Origin: a virus
DNA: 64,000 nt
IMG/VR virus record: IMGVR_UViG_3300030107_008258
Coordinates: 32,001 to 96,000 of that record
Strand: one strand, 5' to 3'
Positions 8,855-17,174 of the stretch are shown piece after piece. The position numbers and the translations under genes were made by a program. Numbering within the stretch: position 1 is the first letter of the stretch; every line of letters starts with the position of its first letter. Below the pieces are notes generated by a model, which saw only the letters and a list, made by a program, of their open reading frames with translations, had not been told where the DNA came from and made no database searches.

Positions 8855-9265
8855 ATGCGCCTTTCGTGGGAACAATACGCTTTAAACATTGCCTGCACTG
8901 TAGCTGAAAGAAGTGAAGATATTTATCAAAAAGTGGGCGCTTGCGCCTTAAATAAAAAAAATATGGTTATTGCAGTCGGCTATAACGGGTTAGCTTCCGG
9001 CAAGAAAGCTTCTCATAGATTCTTTCAAAATCGAAATCATCGTCGCCCTTTTATGATTCACGCCGAAGTCAACTGCTTAAGCCTTGTAAAGCGGGGGGAA
9101 GTTAAAATGCTTGCTTCTACCCTTCTGCCGTGTTCTTCTTGCGCTACAATGATAGCCGCCTATGGGGTTAAAAAGGTAATTTATAAAGAAATTTATAAAA
9201 GAGATAAAAGCGCATTAGAAATTTTTAAGTTTTACGGTATAGAATGTGTTCAATATGGAGATTAA
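8855..9265 (+). CDS. dCMP deaminase (ComEB/dCMP deaminase family)
   Basis: RSED...KVGA, GYNG, HAEVN and PCSSC zinc motifs. Confidence 0.9.
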   Translation: MRLSWEQYALNIACTVAERSEDIYQKVGACALNKKNMVIAVGYNGLASGKKASHRFFQNRNHRRPFMIHAEVNCLSLVKRGEVKMLASTLLPCSSCATMIAAYGVKKVIYKEIYKRDKSALEIFKFYGIECVQYGD

Positions 9266-9728
9266 ATACTCTAAGTTAAAAAATTCAGCTCAAACCCCCT
9301 TCCAAGCCAATAATTCAGATGCAGGTTACGATTTGTTTTCAACTGAATATTTAACTCTCGAGCCCTTCCAGAGAAAATTGGTTAGTACAGGAATAAATAT
9401 TGAAATTCCCCAAGGTTTTTATGGGAGAATTGCCCCAAGAAGCGGTTTAGCGTGTAAGAAAGGAATAGATGTAATGGCAGGAGTAATCGACTCCGGCTAT
9501 CGTGGCGAAATAAAAGTTTTGTTGATAAATTTAAATTTTGAAGGATATAATCTAACACCAAATGCTTTTGAAGCAGTGTTTGGATCGAGTAACAGAATAG
9601 AAATAAAACCGGGAGACAGAATAGCTCAATTAATAATTGAAAAATGCTATAACGTCGAATGGAAAGCAATGAAAACATTACAAACTTCCGAAAGAGGACA
9701 GGGCGGCTTTGGCAGCTCTGGAAAATAA
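9246..9728 (+). CDS. dut: dUTPase (trimeric)
   Basis: AGYDL, RIAPRSG, GVIDSGYRGE, GDRIAQL, RGQGGFGSSG. Confidence 0.96.
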   Translation: MFNMEIKYSKLKNSAQTPFQANNSDAGYDLFSTEYLTLEPFQRKLVSTGINIEIPQGFYGRIAPRSGLACKKGIDVMAGVIDSGYRGEIKVLLINLNFEGYNLTPNAFEAVFGSSNRIEIKPGDRIAQLIIEKCYNVEWKAMKTLQTSERGQGGFGSSGK

Positions 9729-9730
9729 TC

Positions 9731-9937
9731 ATGGGAAACTCAAATCAAGAAATTATTTCCTATAATTCTAAAATGATTGGGACCGAAGTTCGCGTAATAA
9801 AAAGCGGAGGATGGAACGGTAAAGTCGAAAGGGTTATTGATGAGGAATATTTTGAAGTATCTAAATTAGAAAACCCGCTCCAAATCGAAATTGTGTCTAT
9901 GTACGACATACGATCCCTATCACCCGAGACTTTGTGA
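9731..9937 (+). CDS. Small hypothetical protein (SH3/KOW-like beta protein); probable start ATG 9731
   Basis: In-frame ATG directly after the dut stop; IGTEVRVIKSGGWNGKVERV pattern. Confidence 0.5.
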   Translation: MGNSNQEIISYNSKMIGTEVRVIKSGGWNGKVERVIDEEYFEVSKLENPLQIEIVSMYDIRSLSPETL

Positions 9938-9954
9938 CACACCAGTCACCAAAA

Positions 9955-10064
9955 ACTAGACTCAATAAAAGAGGGTAAACCTTCCTTACTGAGAGTCTAG
10001 TACAACCAAAAGGCTCGCTTTAGCCAATAAAATAGGGGGTTTTCTCTTCCTCACTAAGCTAAAG
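9955..10064. repeat. Two tandem imperfect palindromes with a shared core
   Basis: ACTAGACTC...GAGTCTAGT (9955-10001) and CTTTAGC...GCTAAAG (10018-10064); both contain CAATAAAA...CTTCCTYACT. Confidence 0.6.
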
Positions 10065-10084
10065 TCCTTTCAAAAGAGACATCA

Positions 10085-10100
10085 TGGCACAGTCCCTGCT
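10085..10100 (+). promoter_or_regulatory. Sigma54 (RpoN) -24/-12 promoter upstream of Hsp20
   Basis: TGGCAC-AGTCC-CTGCT matches TGGCAC-N5-TTGCW with correct GG-N10-GC spacing; predicted +1 about 10111. Confidence 0.6.
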
Positions 10101-10111
10101 AAAAGGACGGT

Positions 10112-10468
10112 ATGTATTTACCAAATACTCTTAGCAGGGGCTTGCTTGATTTCGCAACGCCGTTATTCGATGAAATAGAGCGTACTTATAATCCGGCGTT
10201 TGCTGAGGAAGATGGAGATTACGTTTTTGAGGTAGAAATGCCCGGCTTTACAAAAGATGATGTAAAAGTCAATGTAGATGCGGCAGGGCACCTCAACCTA
10301 CAAGGAACCACAACAAGACGAGGAAAAGAGGTAAAGTTTGGACAAACTTACCATATTCCCGACAAAGCCGATCCGTCTACGGCGGATGCCTCTCTGAAAA
10401 ATGGGATTTTTAGGCTAATATTCAAAAAGAAAAATAAACACAAACCCAAAGAAATCAAAATTAAGTAA
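10112..10468 (+). CDS. Small heat-shock protein (Hsp20/alpha-crystallin)
   Basis: EVEMPGFTKDDVKVNV and ASLKNGIFRL alpha-crystallin motifs; C-terminal IxI (EIKIK). Confidence 0.92.
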   Translation: MYLPNTLSRGLLDFATPLFDEIERTYNPAFAEEDGDYVFEVEMPGFTKDDVKVNVDAAGHLNLQGTTTRRGKEVKFGQTYHIPDKADPSTADASLKNGIFRLIFKKKNKHKPKEIKIK

Positions 10469-10480
10469 AGGGTTTTAAAG

Positions 10481-10505
10481 AACCGGGCTTCGGCCCGGTT
10501 TTTTT
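10481..10505 (+). terminator. Rho-independent terminator after Hsp20
   Basis: AACCGGGC-TTCG-GCCCGGTT followed by a T run. Confidence 0.9.
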
Positions 10506-10511
10506 GTGTAA
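10506..10511 (+). promoter_or_regulatory. GTGTAA putative late promoter (near-leaderless)
   Basis: Recurrent motif, directly after a terminator and 8 nt before ATG 10520. Confidence 0.6.
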
Positions 10512-10519
10512 TTATTAAT

Positions 10520-10714
10520 ATGCCTCTCCCAGCGCCGAAAAAGGGTCAAGAAAAAAAAGATTTTATTAACTCTTGCATGGCAAGCCCCACCATGAACGAA
10601 GAATACTCGGACCCCAAACAACGTCTTGCAGTTTGTCATTCCCAGTACCGAAGATCCTCTAAGGCAACGACTTGGAATGAAATTGAATTTGACAACTACC
10701 TACTTTTAAAATAA
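10520..10714 (+). CDS. Conserved small phage protein (MPxPxP..E..DFIxxCM...EY.D.KQR.A.C)
   Basis: Motif recognised as recurrent in tailed phages; preceded by GTGTAA. Confidence 0.65.
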   Translation: MPLPAPKKGQEKKDFINSCMASPTMNEEYSDPKQRLAVCHSQYRRSSKATTWNEIEFDNYLLLK

Positions 10715-10725
10715 GATTTTTTTAA

Positions 10726-10914
10726 ATGACTAATGATGTCATCTTAACTCAAGCCGCTCATGACCAATTAGTTAGTCTGATCGAACAATTAATTGAAGTT
10801 TCTATATGGCAAGACGCCGAAGCTAAAGCTAAAGATCCGATTGCAAATACCGGAGAAAGCTTCATGACTAATAAACTAAAATTAATTAGGGACACTTTGA
10901 AAAATGGATCTTGA
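10726..10914 (+). CDS. Hypothetical protein
   Basis: 62-aa ORF in a tightly packed plus-strand run. Confidence 0.5.
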   Translation: MTNDVILTQAAHDQLVSLIEQLIEVSIWQDAEAKAKDPIANTGESFMTNKLKLIRDTLKNGS

Positions 10915-11233
10915 TAAACTTTTAAAAAACTTACTGGCTCAAAAAAAAGAGTTAACGCATTCATTAGAGGTGTGTTGTAATAGCATTGGCTTTTGGGAAG
11001 AAAGGGCCGAGAAAATTTTTAAAAAAATGGACGAATTTGAAGAAGAAGCTCTTTTTTCTTCTGGAGAATCTCACGATAAAAAATTCAAAAAATTACAACG
11101 AGAATCGGGGAAAATTATGAAAAGGGTCGAATTTGAGAATAATCAGCTAGATTTGCTTGAGGCTCAAGTGTTAGACCTAGAAGAAAAAATAATAACAACG
11201 CTAGCTCGATATGCCAAAAAACAAAAAAAATAA
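10904..11233 (+). CDS. Hypothetical coiled-coil protein
   Basis: 109-aa E/K/L-rich heptad pattern; overlaps neighbours. Confidence 0.55.
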   Translation: MDLDKLLKNLLAQKKELTHSLEVCCNSIGFWEERAEKIFKKMDEFEEEALFSSGESHDKKFKKLQRESGKIMKRVEFENNQLDLLEAQVLDLEEKIITTLARYAKKQKK

Positions 11234-11378
11234 AAAATATTATTTAATCGAGTCAGTAAAAAGAAGGTGGTCATACGGAGCTTTTCCCCATTCCGAGGAA
11301 GGATTAAAAGAAGCAAAAAAATATTTATCTAACCTTCAGAAGAAAACAGATGAAAAATTGGAGATAGTTGAAAAATAA
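11211..11378 (+). CDS. Small basic hypothetical protein, 55 aa (below the ORF-track cutoff)
   Basis: MPKNKKNKKYYLIESVKRRWSYGAFPHSEEGLKEAKKYLSNLQKKTDEKLEIVEK*; fills the gap up to the nrdA promoter. Confidence 0.55.
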   Translation: MPKNKKNKKYYLIESVKRRWSYGAFPHSEEGLKEAKKYLSNLQKKTDEKLEIVEK

Positions 11379-11379
11379 C

Positions 11380-11408
11380 TTGACGGGCCGCCCCGTTTAA
11401 ACTAAATT
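11380..11408 (+). promoter_or_regulatory. Sigma70-like promoter for nrdA
   Basis: TTGACG-17 nt-TAAATT; a GTGTAT late-like variant also lies at 11430-11435. Confidence 0.5.
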
Positions 11409-11447
11409 AACTCACACACCCGCTTAGGGGTGTATTTTTTTCTACAG

Positions 11448-13862
11448 ATGGAAATAAAAGTAAAAAAGAGAAACGGCAAATTAGAAGAATTTGATGTAGA
11501 GAAGATAAACAAGTGTGTTTATCGAGCTTGCGCAGACATTGACGGAAATAATGTATCTGCGAGCGAAGTAATACTCGATGCCCAATTACAACTTTACGAC
11601 AAGATTACTACTAAGGAGATAGACGAAGCTCTAATTTTATCCGCCCGAGCCAAAATAGAGAAAGAACCCAACTACAGCAATGTTGCCGCTGCTCTAGCAG
11701 TTAACGCTCTTTATAAAGAAGTATTTAGAGAAAGCGTAGATTCTGACACCTTTGACCTCCAATACAAAAAATCGTTTGTACAAGGAGTTAAAAAATTAGT
11801 AAAAAATGAAATCCTAAGCCCTAAGCTTTTAGACTATGACTTAAAAAAGCTTTCCGAAGCCATTGACCCCGAACGAGATAAAAAATTTAAATACTTAGGA
11901 TTACAAATTTTAATAGACAGATACTTTATCCGTATCAATAATAAAATTATTGAGTCTCCGCAGGCTTTCTGGATGAGGATCGCTATGGGGCTAGCTTTAA
12001 ATGAAGACGATAAAGAAGAAAGAGCCATTGAGTTCTATAACCTTTTTAGCAATCTGCTGTACACTCCTTCCACACCTACCTTATTTAATAGTGGCACTAC
12101 TCACTCTCAACTAAGTTCATGTTACTTAAATACATTTGATGACAGCATCGACGGAATCTTCGAAGGAGTCTGGCAAGAAGCCCGCAAAAGTAAGCATGCC
12201 GGAGGTCTTGGCTTTGATGTTACTAATTTTCGTGCTTCTGGGGCTTTTATCAAAGGCACAAACGGGATTTCTGGAGGTCTTGTGCCATGGCTCAAAATCC
12301 TCAATGACACACTCGTCGCAGTAAACCAAGGCGGCAAAAGACCCGGCGCGGGATGCGCTTACCTTGAGCCTTGGCATCTTGATTTTGAAGACTTTTTAAA
12401 TCTCCGGCGAAACACTGGTGACGAAAGGCTTCGTTGCCATGATATGAATACCGCTTCATGGATTCCTGACCTTTTCATGAAAAAAGTACAGGAAGATGCT
12501 GACTGGTATATGTTTTGCCCGTCTGACTGCCGTGAACTTCATGAAGCTTACGGAGAGGACTTTGAAGAGTCTTACGATTATTACCGCCAGAAAGCAGAAG
12601 AAGGCGAACTTAAAAATTTCCGTGTTGTTAAAGCTAAAGAACTCTGGAAGAAAATGCTTAAGGTCTTATTTGAAACTTCCCACCCTTGGGTGACATTTAA
12701 AGACCCCTCTAATATCCGATACAGCAACCAGCATCAAGGCACGGTTCATTCTAGTAACCTTTGCACTGAAATTCTTTTACATACGAAACCTTCCCAATAT
12801 AAAGATGGAGAAAAAATAGAAATAGGAGAAACAGCAGTATGTAATTTAGGAAGCGTAAATTTAAAAAACCATCTTGGCGACAATGGGTTAAATAAAGATC
12901 TTCTAGCTTCGACTATTAAAACTGCCATCCGGCTTTTGGATAATGTAATTGATTTGAATTTTTATCCAACTAAAGAAGCAGAGAACGCTAACATGCAGCA
13001 TCGTCCGATTGGGCTCGGTATGATGGCTACCCATGATATTCTACAGATTCTCGATATCCAATACGATTCAGATAAAGCTGTAAAATTTATAGACGAACTG
13101 ACAGAATTCTTTTCTTATAACGCAATCCTCTCCTCCAGCGAGCTAGCTAAAGAAAGGGGTAGTTATAAAACTTACTCTGGCTCTCTCTGGGAAAAGGGTC
13201 ATCTTCCTATTGACACTTATAACACTCTCTTAGATTTTAGAAAAAAATCACCCAAGACCCCCGTGCGGGGAAAACTCGATTGGAAAAAAGTAAGGGAGCA
13301 TATATCTAAATACGGAATGCGTAATAGCAACACTATGGCGATAGCTCCCACCGCTACTATTGGCTATATTAACGGGGTAGAACAAAGCATCGAACCAAAC
13401 TTTTCGGTAATGTTTGTTTACGAATGTAAGAGTGGAAACTTTTATGTCGTTAACGAACAGTTTGTGAATGACATGAAAAAAGAGGGAGTGTGGAGTCCTA
13501 ATTTTGCTGAAGCTGTAAAAGAGGTCGATGGAGATGTGATGCTTTTAGATATTCCAAAACATCTTCAAGAAAAATACAAGACTGCTTTTGACCGGGATAT
13601 GTTTAAGTTAATTGAATGCAACGCTGCTCGACAAAAATGGATCGATCAAGGCATATCTTTTAACTTATACAATAAAGGAACTAGTTTAAAATACTTAAAT
13701 GATATTTATATGGCTGCATGGGAGGCCGGGCTTAAGACTACTTATTATCTACGCAATCGGGGCGCATCTAAAGTAGAAAAATCCACTAAAAAAGAATTCA
13801 CTGAAGAAGAACAGATAGCTTGCTCTATCGCAAACCCAGAATCGTGTGAGGCTTGTCAGTAA
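11448..13862 (+). CDS. nrdA: Ribonucleotide reductase class I alpha subunit with ATP cone (probable start ATG 11448)
   Basis: VKKRNG ATP cone, TPTLFNSG, LSSCYL, SSNLCTEI, AVCNLGS, APTAT, LKTTYYLR, C-terminal CEACQ. Confidence 0.97.
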   Translation: MEIKVKKRNGKLEEFDVEKINKCVYRACADIDGNNVSASEVILDAQLQLYDKITTKEIDEALILSARAKIEKEPNYSNVAAALAVNALYKEVFRESVDSDTFDLQYKKSFVQGVKKLVKNEILSPKLLDYDLKKLSEAIDPERDKKFKYLGLQILIDRYFIRINNKIIESPQAFWMRIAMGLALNEDDKEERAIEFYNLFSNLLYTPSTPTLFNSGTTHSQLSSCYLNTFDDSIDGIFEGVWQEARKSKHAGGLGFDVTNFRASGAFIKGTNGISGGLVPWLKILNDTLVAVNQGGKRPGAGCAYLEPWHLDFEDFLNLRRNTGDERLRCHDMNTASWIPDLFMKKVQEDADWYMFCPSDCRELHEAYGEDFEESYDYYRQKAEEGELKNFRVVKAKELWKKMLKVLFETSHPWVTFKDPSNIRYSNQHQGTVHSSNLCTEILLHTKPSQYKDGEKIEIGETAVCNLGSVNLKNHLGDNGLNKDLLASTIKTAIRLLDNVIDLNFYPTKEAENANMQHRPIGLGMMATHDILQILDIQYDSDKAVKFIDELTEFFSYNAILSSSELAKERGSYKTYSGSLWEKGHLPIDTYNTLLDFRKKSPKTPVRGKLDWKKVREHISKYGMRNSNTMAIAPTATIGYINGVEQSIEPNFSVMFVYECKSGNFYVVNEQFVNDMKKEGVWSPNFAEAVKEVDGDVMLLDIPKHLQEKYKTAFDRDMFKLIECNAARQKWIDQGISFNLYNKGTSLKYLNDIYMAAWEAGLKTTYYLRNRGASKVEKSTKKEFTEEEQIACSIANPESCEACQ

Positions 13863-14620
13863 TGGACTATGATAAAATTAATATATTCTATCCTGTAATT
13901 GGATTTACAGGAATGGTTCACTCTGAATATATGATGAGTACCATTAACCTCATGTCCTTGTGTCGTCAAAAAAATATAAAAATTGGATTGAGATCTATAT
14001 GGTTTGAAAGTTTAATTAGTCGAGCAAGAAATGCCTCAGTTGCCTTCATGCTAAACAAAGACTATACTCACTTACTCTTTATTGATACTGATATGAATTT
14101 CGCCGCGCCTGATGTCTTAAAACTGATCGATGCGGATGAAGACGTTACAGTAGGGGTTTACCCTAAAAAATACTTTAACGGGCAAAAAGTTGAAGCTATG
14201 GGGTCCACAGGTAAGTTTCCTGAACACTGGAGGCATTTAGCTACTGATTTTTCAACTGAAATAAAACCAGAAATGGCATTAAAAGCAAAAGACGATCCAA
14301 TAATTGAAGCCGAATATGCCGCTACTGGCTTTATGCTTATAAAACGCGAATGTATAGAAAAAATAATTGCTGCTAAACCTGAAATAAAATACACTAACGA
14401 TATTGATGGCTATATGGAAGCGGGAGATAATTTTTACGACATCTTTCAATGCAAAGTAAACCCTAATACTAAAAAATACGAGAGCGAAGATTATGGTTTC
14501 TGTAAGTTATGGCGATCCCTAGGAGGCAAAATAAATGTTGTAACAGACATTAGTCTTGGCCATCGAGGTTTTAACACTTATATGGGCAATTTAAAATTTC
14601 AAATGAATTATTTTGGTTAG
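13862..14620 (+). CDS. Phage GT-A/GT2-like glycosyltransferase (probable start ATG 13862)
   Basis: ESLISRARN, THLLFIDTD, ATGFMLIKR, SEDYGFC.LW; ATG overlaps the nrdA TAA. Confidence 0.7.
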   Translation: MDYDKINIFYPVIGFTGMVHSEYMMSTINLMSLCRQKNIKIGLRSIWFESLISRARNASVAFMLNKDYTHLLFIDTDMNFAAPDVLKLIDADEDVTVGVYPKKYFNGQKVEAMGSTGKFPEHWRHLATDFSTEIKPEMALKAKDDPIIEAEYAATGFMLIKRECIEKIIAAKPEIKYTNDIDGYMEAGDNFYDIFQCKVNPNTKKYESEDYGFCKLWRSLGGKINVVTDISLGHRGFNTYMGNLKFQMNYFG

Positions 14621-14624
14621 TACG

Positions 14625-15641
14625 ATGAGCGATTCAAAAACAGGACAAATACTAGGAAAAGATATAGCGGGTGTAAATTGCATACTACCGCATAAACACA
14701 AGACTGCGTGGGATTTATTTTTAAAAGGCTGCGCTAATAACTGGATGCCCACTGAAATATCCATGGCTGAAGACATTAAGCAATGGAAAAATGGAGAAAT
14801 AACAGATGATGAAAAACTTTTGGTCAAACGTTCACTCGGCTTTTTTGCTGGGAGTGAATCTCTTGTTGGTAACAATCTTTTGCTTAGTGGGTTTCGGTAT
14901 ATTACTGACGCTGAGTGTCGTCAGTATATTTTACGACAAGCGTTCGAGGAAAGCCTTCATAATCTTACTATTGTTTATGTTTGTGATTCTTTGGGTCTTA
15001 AAATAGATGAAGTTTACCGCGCTTACGAAAACATCCCCTCTATTAAAGCTAAAGATGATTTCCTTATGGAAATTACTACAGACTTAAGTAGGCCAGACTT
15101 TAACGCTCACACTCAAGAGGGTAAAAAAGAAATTTTAAGAAATTTTATTACTTACTGGATTGTATGCGAAGGAATATTTTTCTTTAGCGGCTTTGCGATG
15201 CTTTTAGCTTTGGGGAGGCAAAATAAAATGCAAGGCATAGCTGACCAAATAAAATACACCCTCCGCGATGAAAGTTCCCATATTCAATTTGGGACTTATG
15301 CTATTAATCAGATTATAGAACAAAATCCTAAAATATGGAATAAAGCGTTTCAGCAGGAAGTAACAGAACATGTACAGAAAGCTGTACAACTAGAGATAGC
15401 TTACGCCAAGGATGTGTTACCGCGAGGTATTTTAGGCCTTAATGCAGATATGTTTGTCGATTATATGCATTATATTGGCAACCGGCGTTTAGAGGGCATT
15501 GGCTTAGAATATCGCTTTCCTAGCGATAAAAACCCCTTCCCTTGGCTGGGAGAAGTAGTTGACGTTCAAGCTATGGGCAACTTCTTTGAACGTAGAGTTA
15601 GGGAATATCAACAATCGGGTTCCCTTGAAGACGACTTTTAA
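14625..15641 (+). CDS. nrdB: Ribonucleotide reductase beta subunit, class Ic (R2c)-like (probable start ATG 14625)
   Basis: FFAGSESLVGNN, EESLH, EGIFFFSGF, RDESSH, NFFERRVREY; the radical Tyr position holds Ile. Confidence 0.93.
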   Translation: MSDSKTGQILGKDIAGVNCILPHKHKTAWDLFLKGCANNWMPTEISMAEDIKQWKNGEITDDEKLLVKRSLGFFAGSESLVGNNLLLSGFRYITDAECRQYILRQAFEESLHNLTIVYVCDSLGLKIDEVYRAYENIPSIKAKDDFLMEITTDLSRPDFNAHTQEGKKEILRNFITYWIVCEGIFFFSGFAMLLALGRQNKMQGIADQIKYTLRDESSHIQFGTYAINQIIEQNPKIWNKAFQQEVTEHVQKAVQLEIAYAKDVLPRGILGLNADMFVDYMHYIGNRRLEGIGLEYRFPSDKNPFPWLGEVVDVQAMGNFFERRVREYQQSGSLEDDF

Positions 15642-15662
15642 TGTAACAGTTTATGAACAACA

Positions 15663-15857
15663 ATGTCACGATTTAAATTCTCCACTGAGTCTTTCATGTT
15701 GGGCCAAATTTCTTGCGAAATGATCGCCTTGTCCCAGCACCTAAATCAAAATAACGGGGAAAAGCTTAATGGGGAATTAGTCGAACTTGACAAAATAATA
15801 AACCGAGTTAATAGAGTGAAAGAGATAATGCTTAGAAAGGATAAAGAAAATGCCTAA
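15663..15857 (+). CDS. Hypothetical protein
   Basis: 64-aa ORF overlapping the next gene. Confidence 0.5.
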   Translation: MSRFKFSTESFMLGQISCEMIALSQHLNQNNGEKLNGELVELDKIINRVNRVKEIMLRKDKENA

Positions 15858-16047
15858 TGTATCTGAATTTGAAAGAAATAAGCCGCGAGAAACTTACTCG
15901 GCTATTATAAAAGTTAAAGAAAAGTATGAGACTTTACTTAGGGAGACTGTGATTATGGAGGATACAGATGCGGTTAGGGTAGAGATGGCAAGAGTTTTCT
16001 TAAGGGACTTAAAAGAAATTTTTCAAAAATTCAAATCTGGCAACTAA
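15850..16047 (+). CDS. Hypothetical protein
   Basis: 65-aa helical ORF. Confidence 0.5.
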   Translation: MPNVSEFERNKPRETYSAIIKVKEKYETLLRETVIMEDTDAVRVEMARVFLRDLKEIFQKFKSGN

Positions 16048-16063
16048 TATTGTGTAACAATAT
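16047..16063 (+). promoter_or_regulatory. GTGTAA putative late promoter inside an ATATTGT-GTA-ACAATAT hairpin
   Basis: GTGTAA at 16052-16057, 8 nt before ATG 16066. Confidence 0.6.
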
Positions 16064-16065
16064 AC

Positions 16066-16686
16066 ATGGCTAGTATAGCAGATCAATTCAAAGGGCTCCC
16101 AATTGGGACACTCATCGCGGAACCGTTGCTTGGAGCAGCGAAAGCACAGGGCCAATTAGCCCACACAACGGAAAACTTTATCAAAGATATCGGGCTAGAA
16201 GACGATGGGAATGGAAACCTTAAGGCTCGAACAGTAGAGTTCGATTACGATGCACCTATCGAATCAAAAGACGCAAATGGAGCTATTACAACAAAAATTG
16301 AAAACAGAAAACTTAAAGTCCCATTGCTTTCAGTTATACAAACCCCAAATCTAGGGGTAAAAAAAGCTACCGTAGACTTCGATATGGAAGTCAAGTCTAG
16401 CACTCAAGACACTAGCTCTGTAAACACCCAGACCGACCTTAGCGTTAAATATGATAATTGGTGGTCACCTGTAAAAGTAGATCTAAAGGCTTCAGTATCT
16501 ACTAAAAGTGAAAATATTAGGAAAACTGATAATTCCGCAAAATATACCGTTCATGTAGAAGCTCGTGACGACGGGGCTCCAGAAGGCTTAATGAAAGTTC
16601 TTGACATTCTCGGGGCAGCTATTCAACCTGTTCCTGCTGGTGGAGGCGGCGGAGGCTCCTCATCTGGCGGCAGTGGTAGTAATTAA
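16066..16686 (+). CDS. DUF2589-family protein (long beta-hairpin form)
   Basis: QFKGLPIGTLIAEPLLGAAKAQGQLA..T..FI..IG, VPLLSVIQTPNLGV...VDFDMEV, DNSAKYTVHVEA....PEGLMKVLD. Confidence 0.8.
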   Translation: MASIADQFKGLPIGTLIAEPLLGAAKAQGQLAHTTENFIKDIGLEDDGNGNLKARTVEFDYDAPIESKDANGAITTKIENRKLKVPLLSVIQTPNLGVKKATVDFDMEVKSSTQDTSSVNTQTDLSVKYDNWWSPVKVDLKASVSTKSENIRKTDNSAKYTVHVEARDDGAPEGLMKVLDILGAAIQPVPAGGGGGGSSSGGSGSN

Positions 16687-17162
16687 TGGCTGACGACAAA
16701 TTACCTTATTCAAAATCTGGATCATTTAAAGGTGCTCCTGCGCTAAAAACGTTCGATCACCTGATCCAATGTCTCTATAATTCTGTAGTTTATGCTCAAC
16801 GGTATGTAGAAACCGAGCATTTAAAACGAGTTATAGGGACGTATTTTGATGAATATGGACGACCCATTACAAAAAAAGTCGTCCTTCCCACGACTGAAGG
16901 AGACCAAGAGGTAGAGATACCGTTAATGACCCTAGCTGGTCATAACCACCTTAAAATAGACACTTTAGAAATGGAATTTGATGTAGATTTAGGCCAGTTT
17001 GAGAATGAAGACAACCACAAAAAGCGCCGAATGATCGCCATGATTGGACGCAAGGACCCTAAAAATACTTTAGCGAAAGTCAAGCTTACTATAAAAAATG
17101 GCGACACCCCTGAAGGACTCGCAAGAATAAACGATAAAATTGTAAAAACTATCCCCACTTAA
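16686..17162 (+). CDS. DUF2589-family protein (short form)
   Basis: Paralogous IPLMTLAGHNHLKIDTLEMEFDV and PEGLARIND motifs; ATG overlaps the upstream TAA. Confidence 0.75.
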   Translation: MADDKLPYSKSGSFKGAPALKTFDHLIQCLYNSVVYAQRYVETEHLKRVIGTYFDEYGRPITKKVVLPTTEGDQEVEIPLMTLAGHNHLKIDTLEMEFDVDLGQFENEDNHKKRRMIAMIGRKDPKNTLAKVKLTIKNGDTPEGLARINDKIVKTIPT

Positions 17163-17174
17163 TATAATATAGTC

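Noticed and set aside
11430-13862. GTG start at 11430, or an intein/intron in nrdA
   Set aside because: GTG 11430 is part of a promoter-like GTGTAT, and the ATP cone begins at ATG 11448. The length and motifs are uninterrupted.
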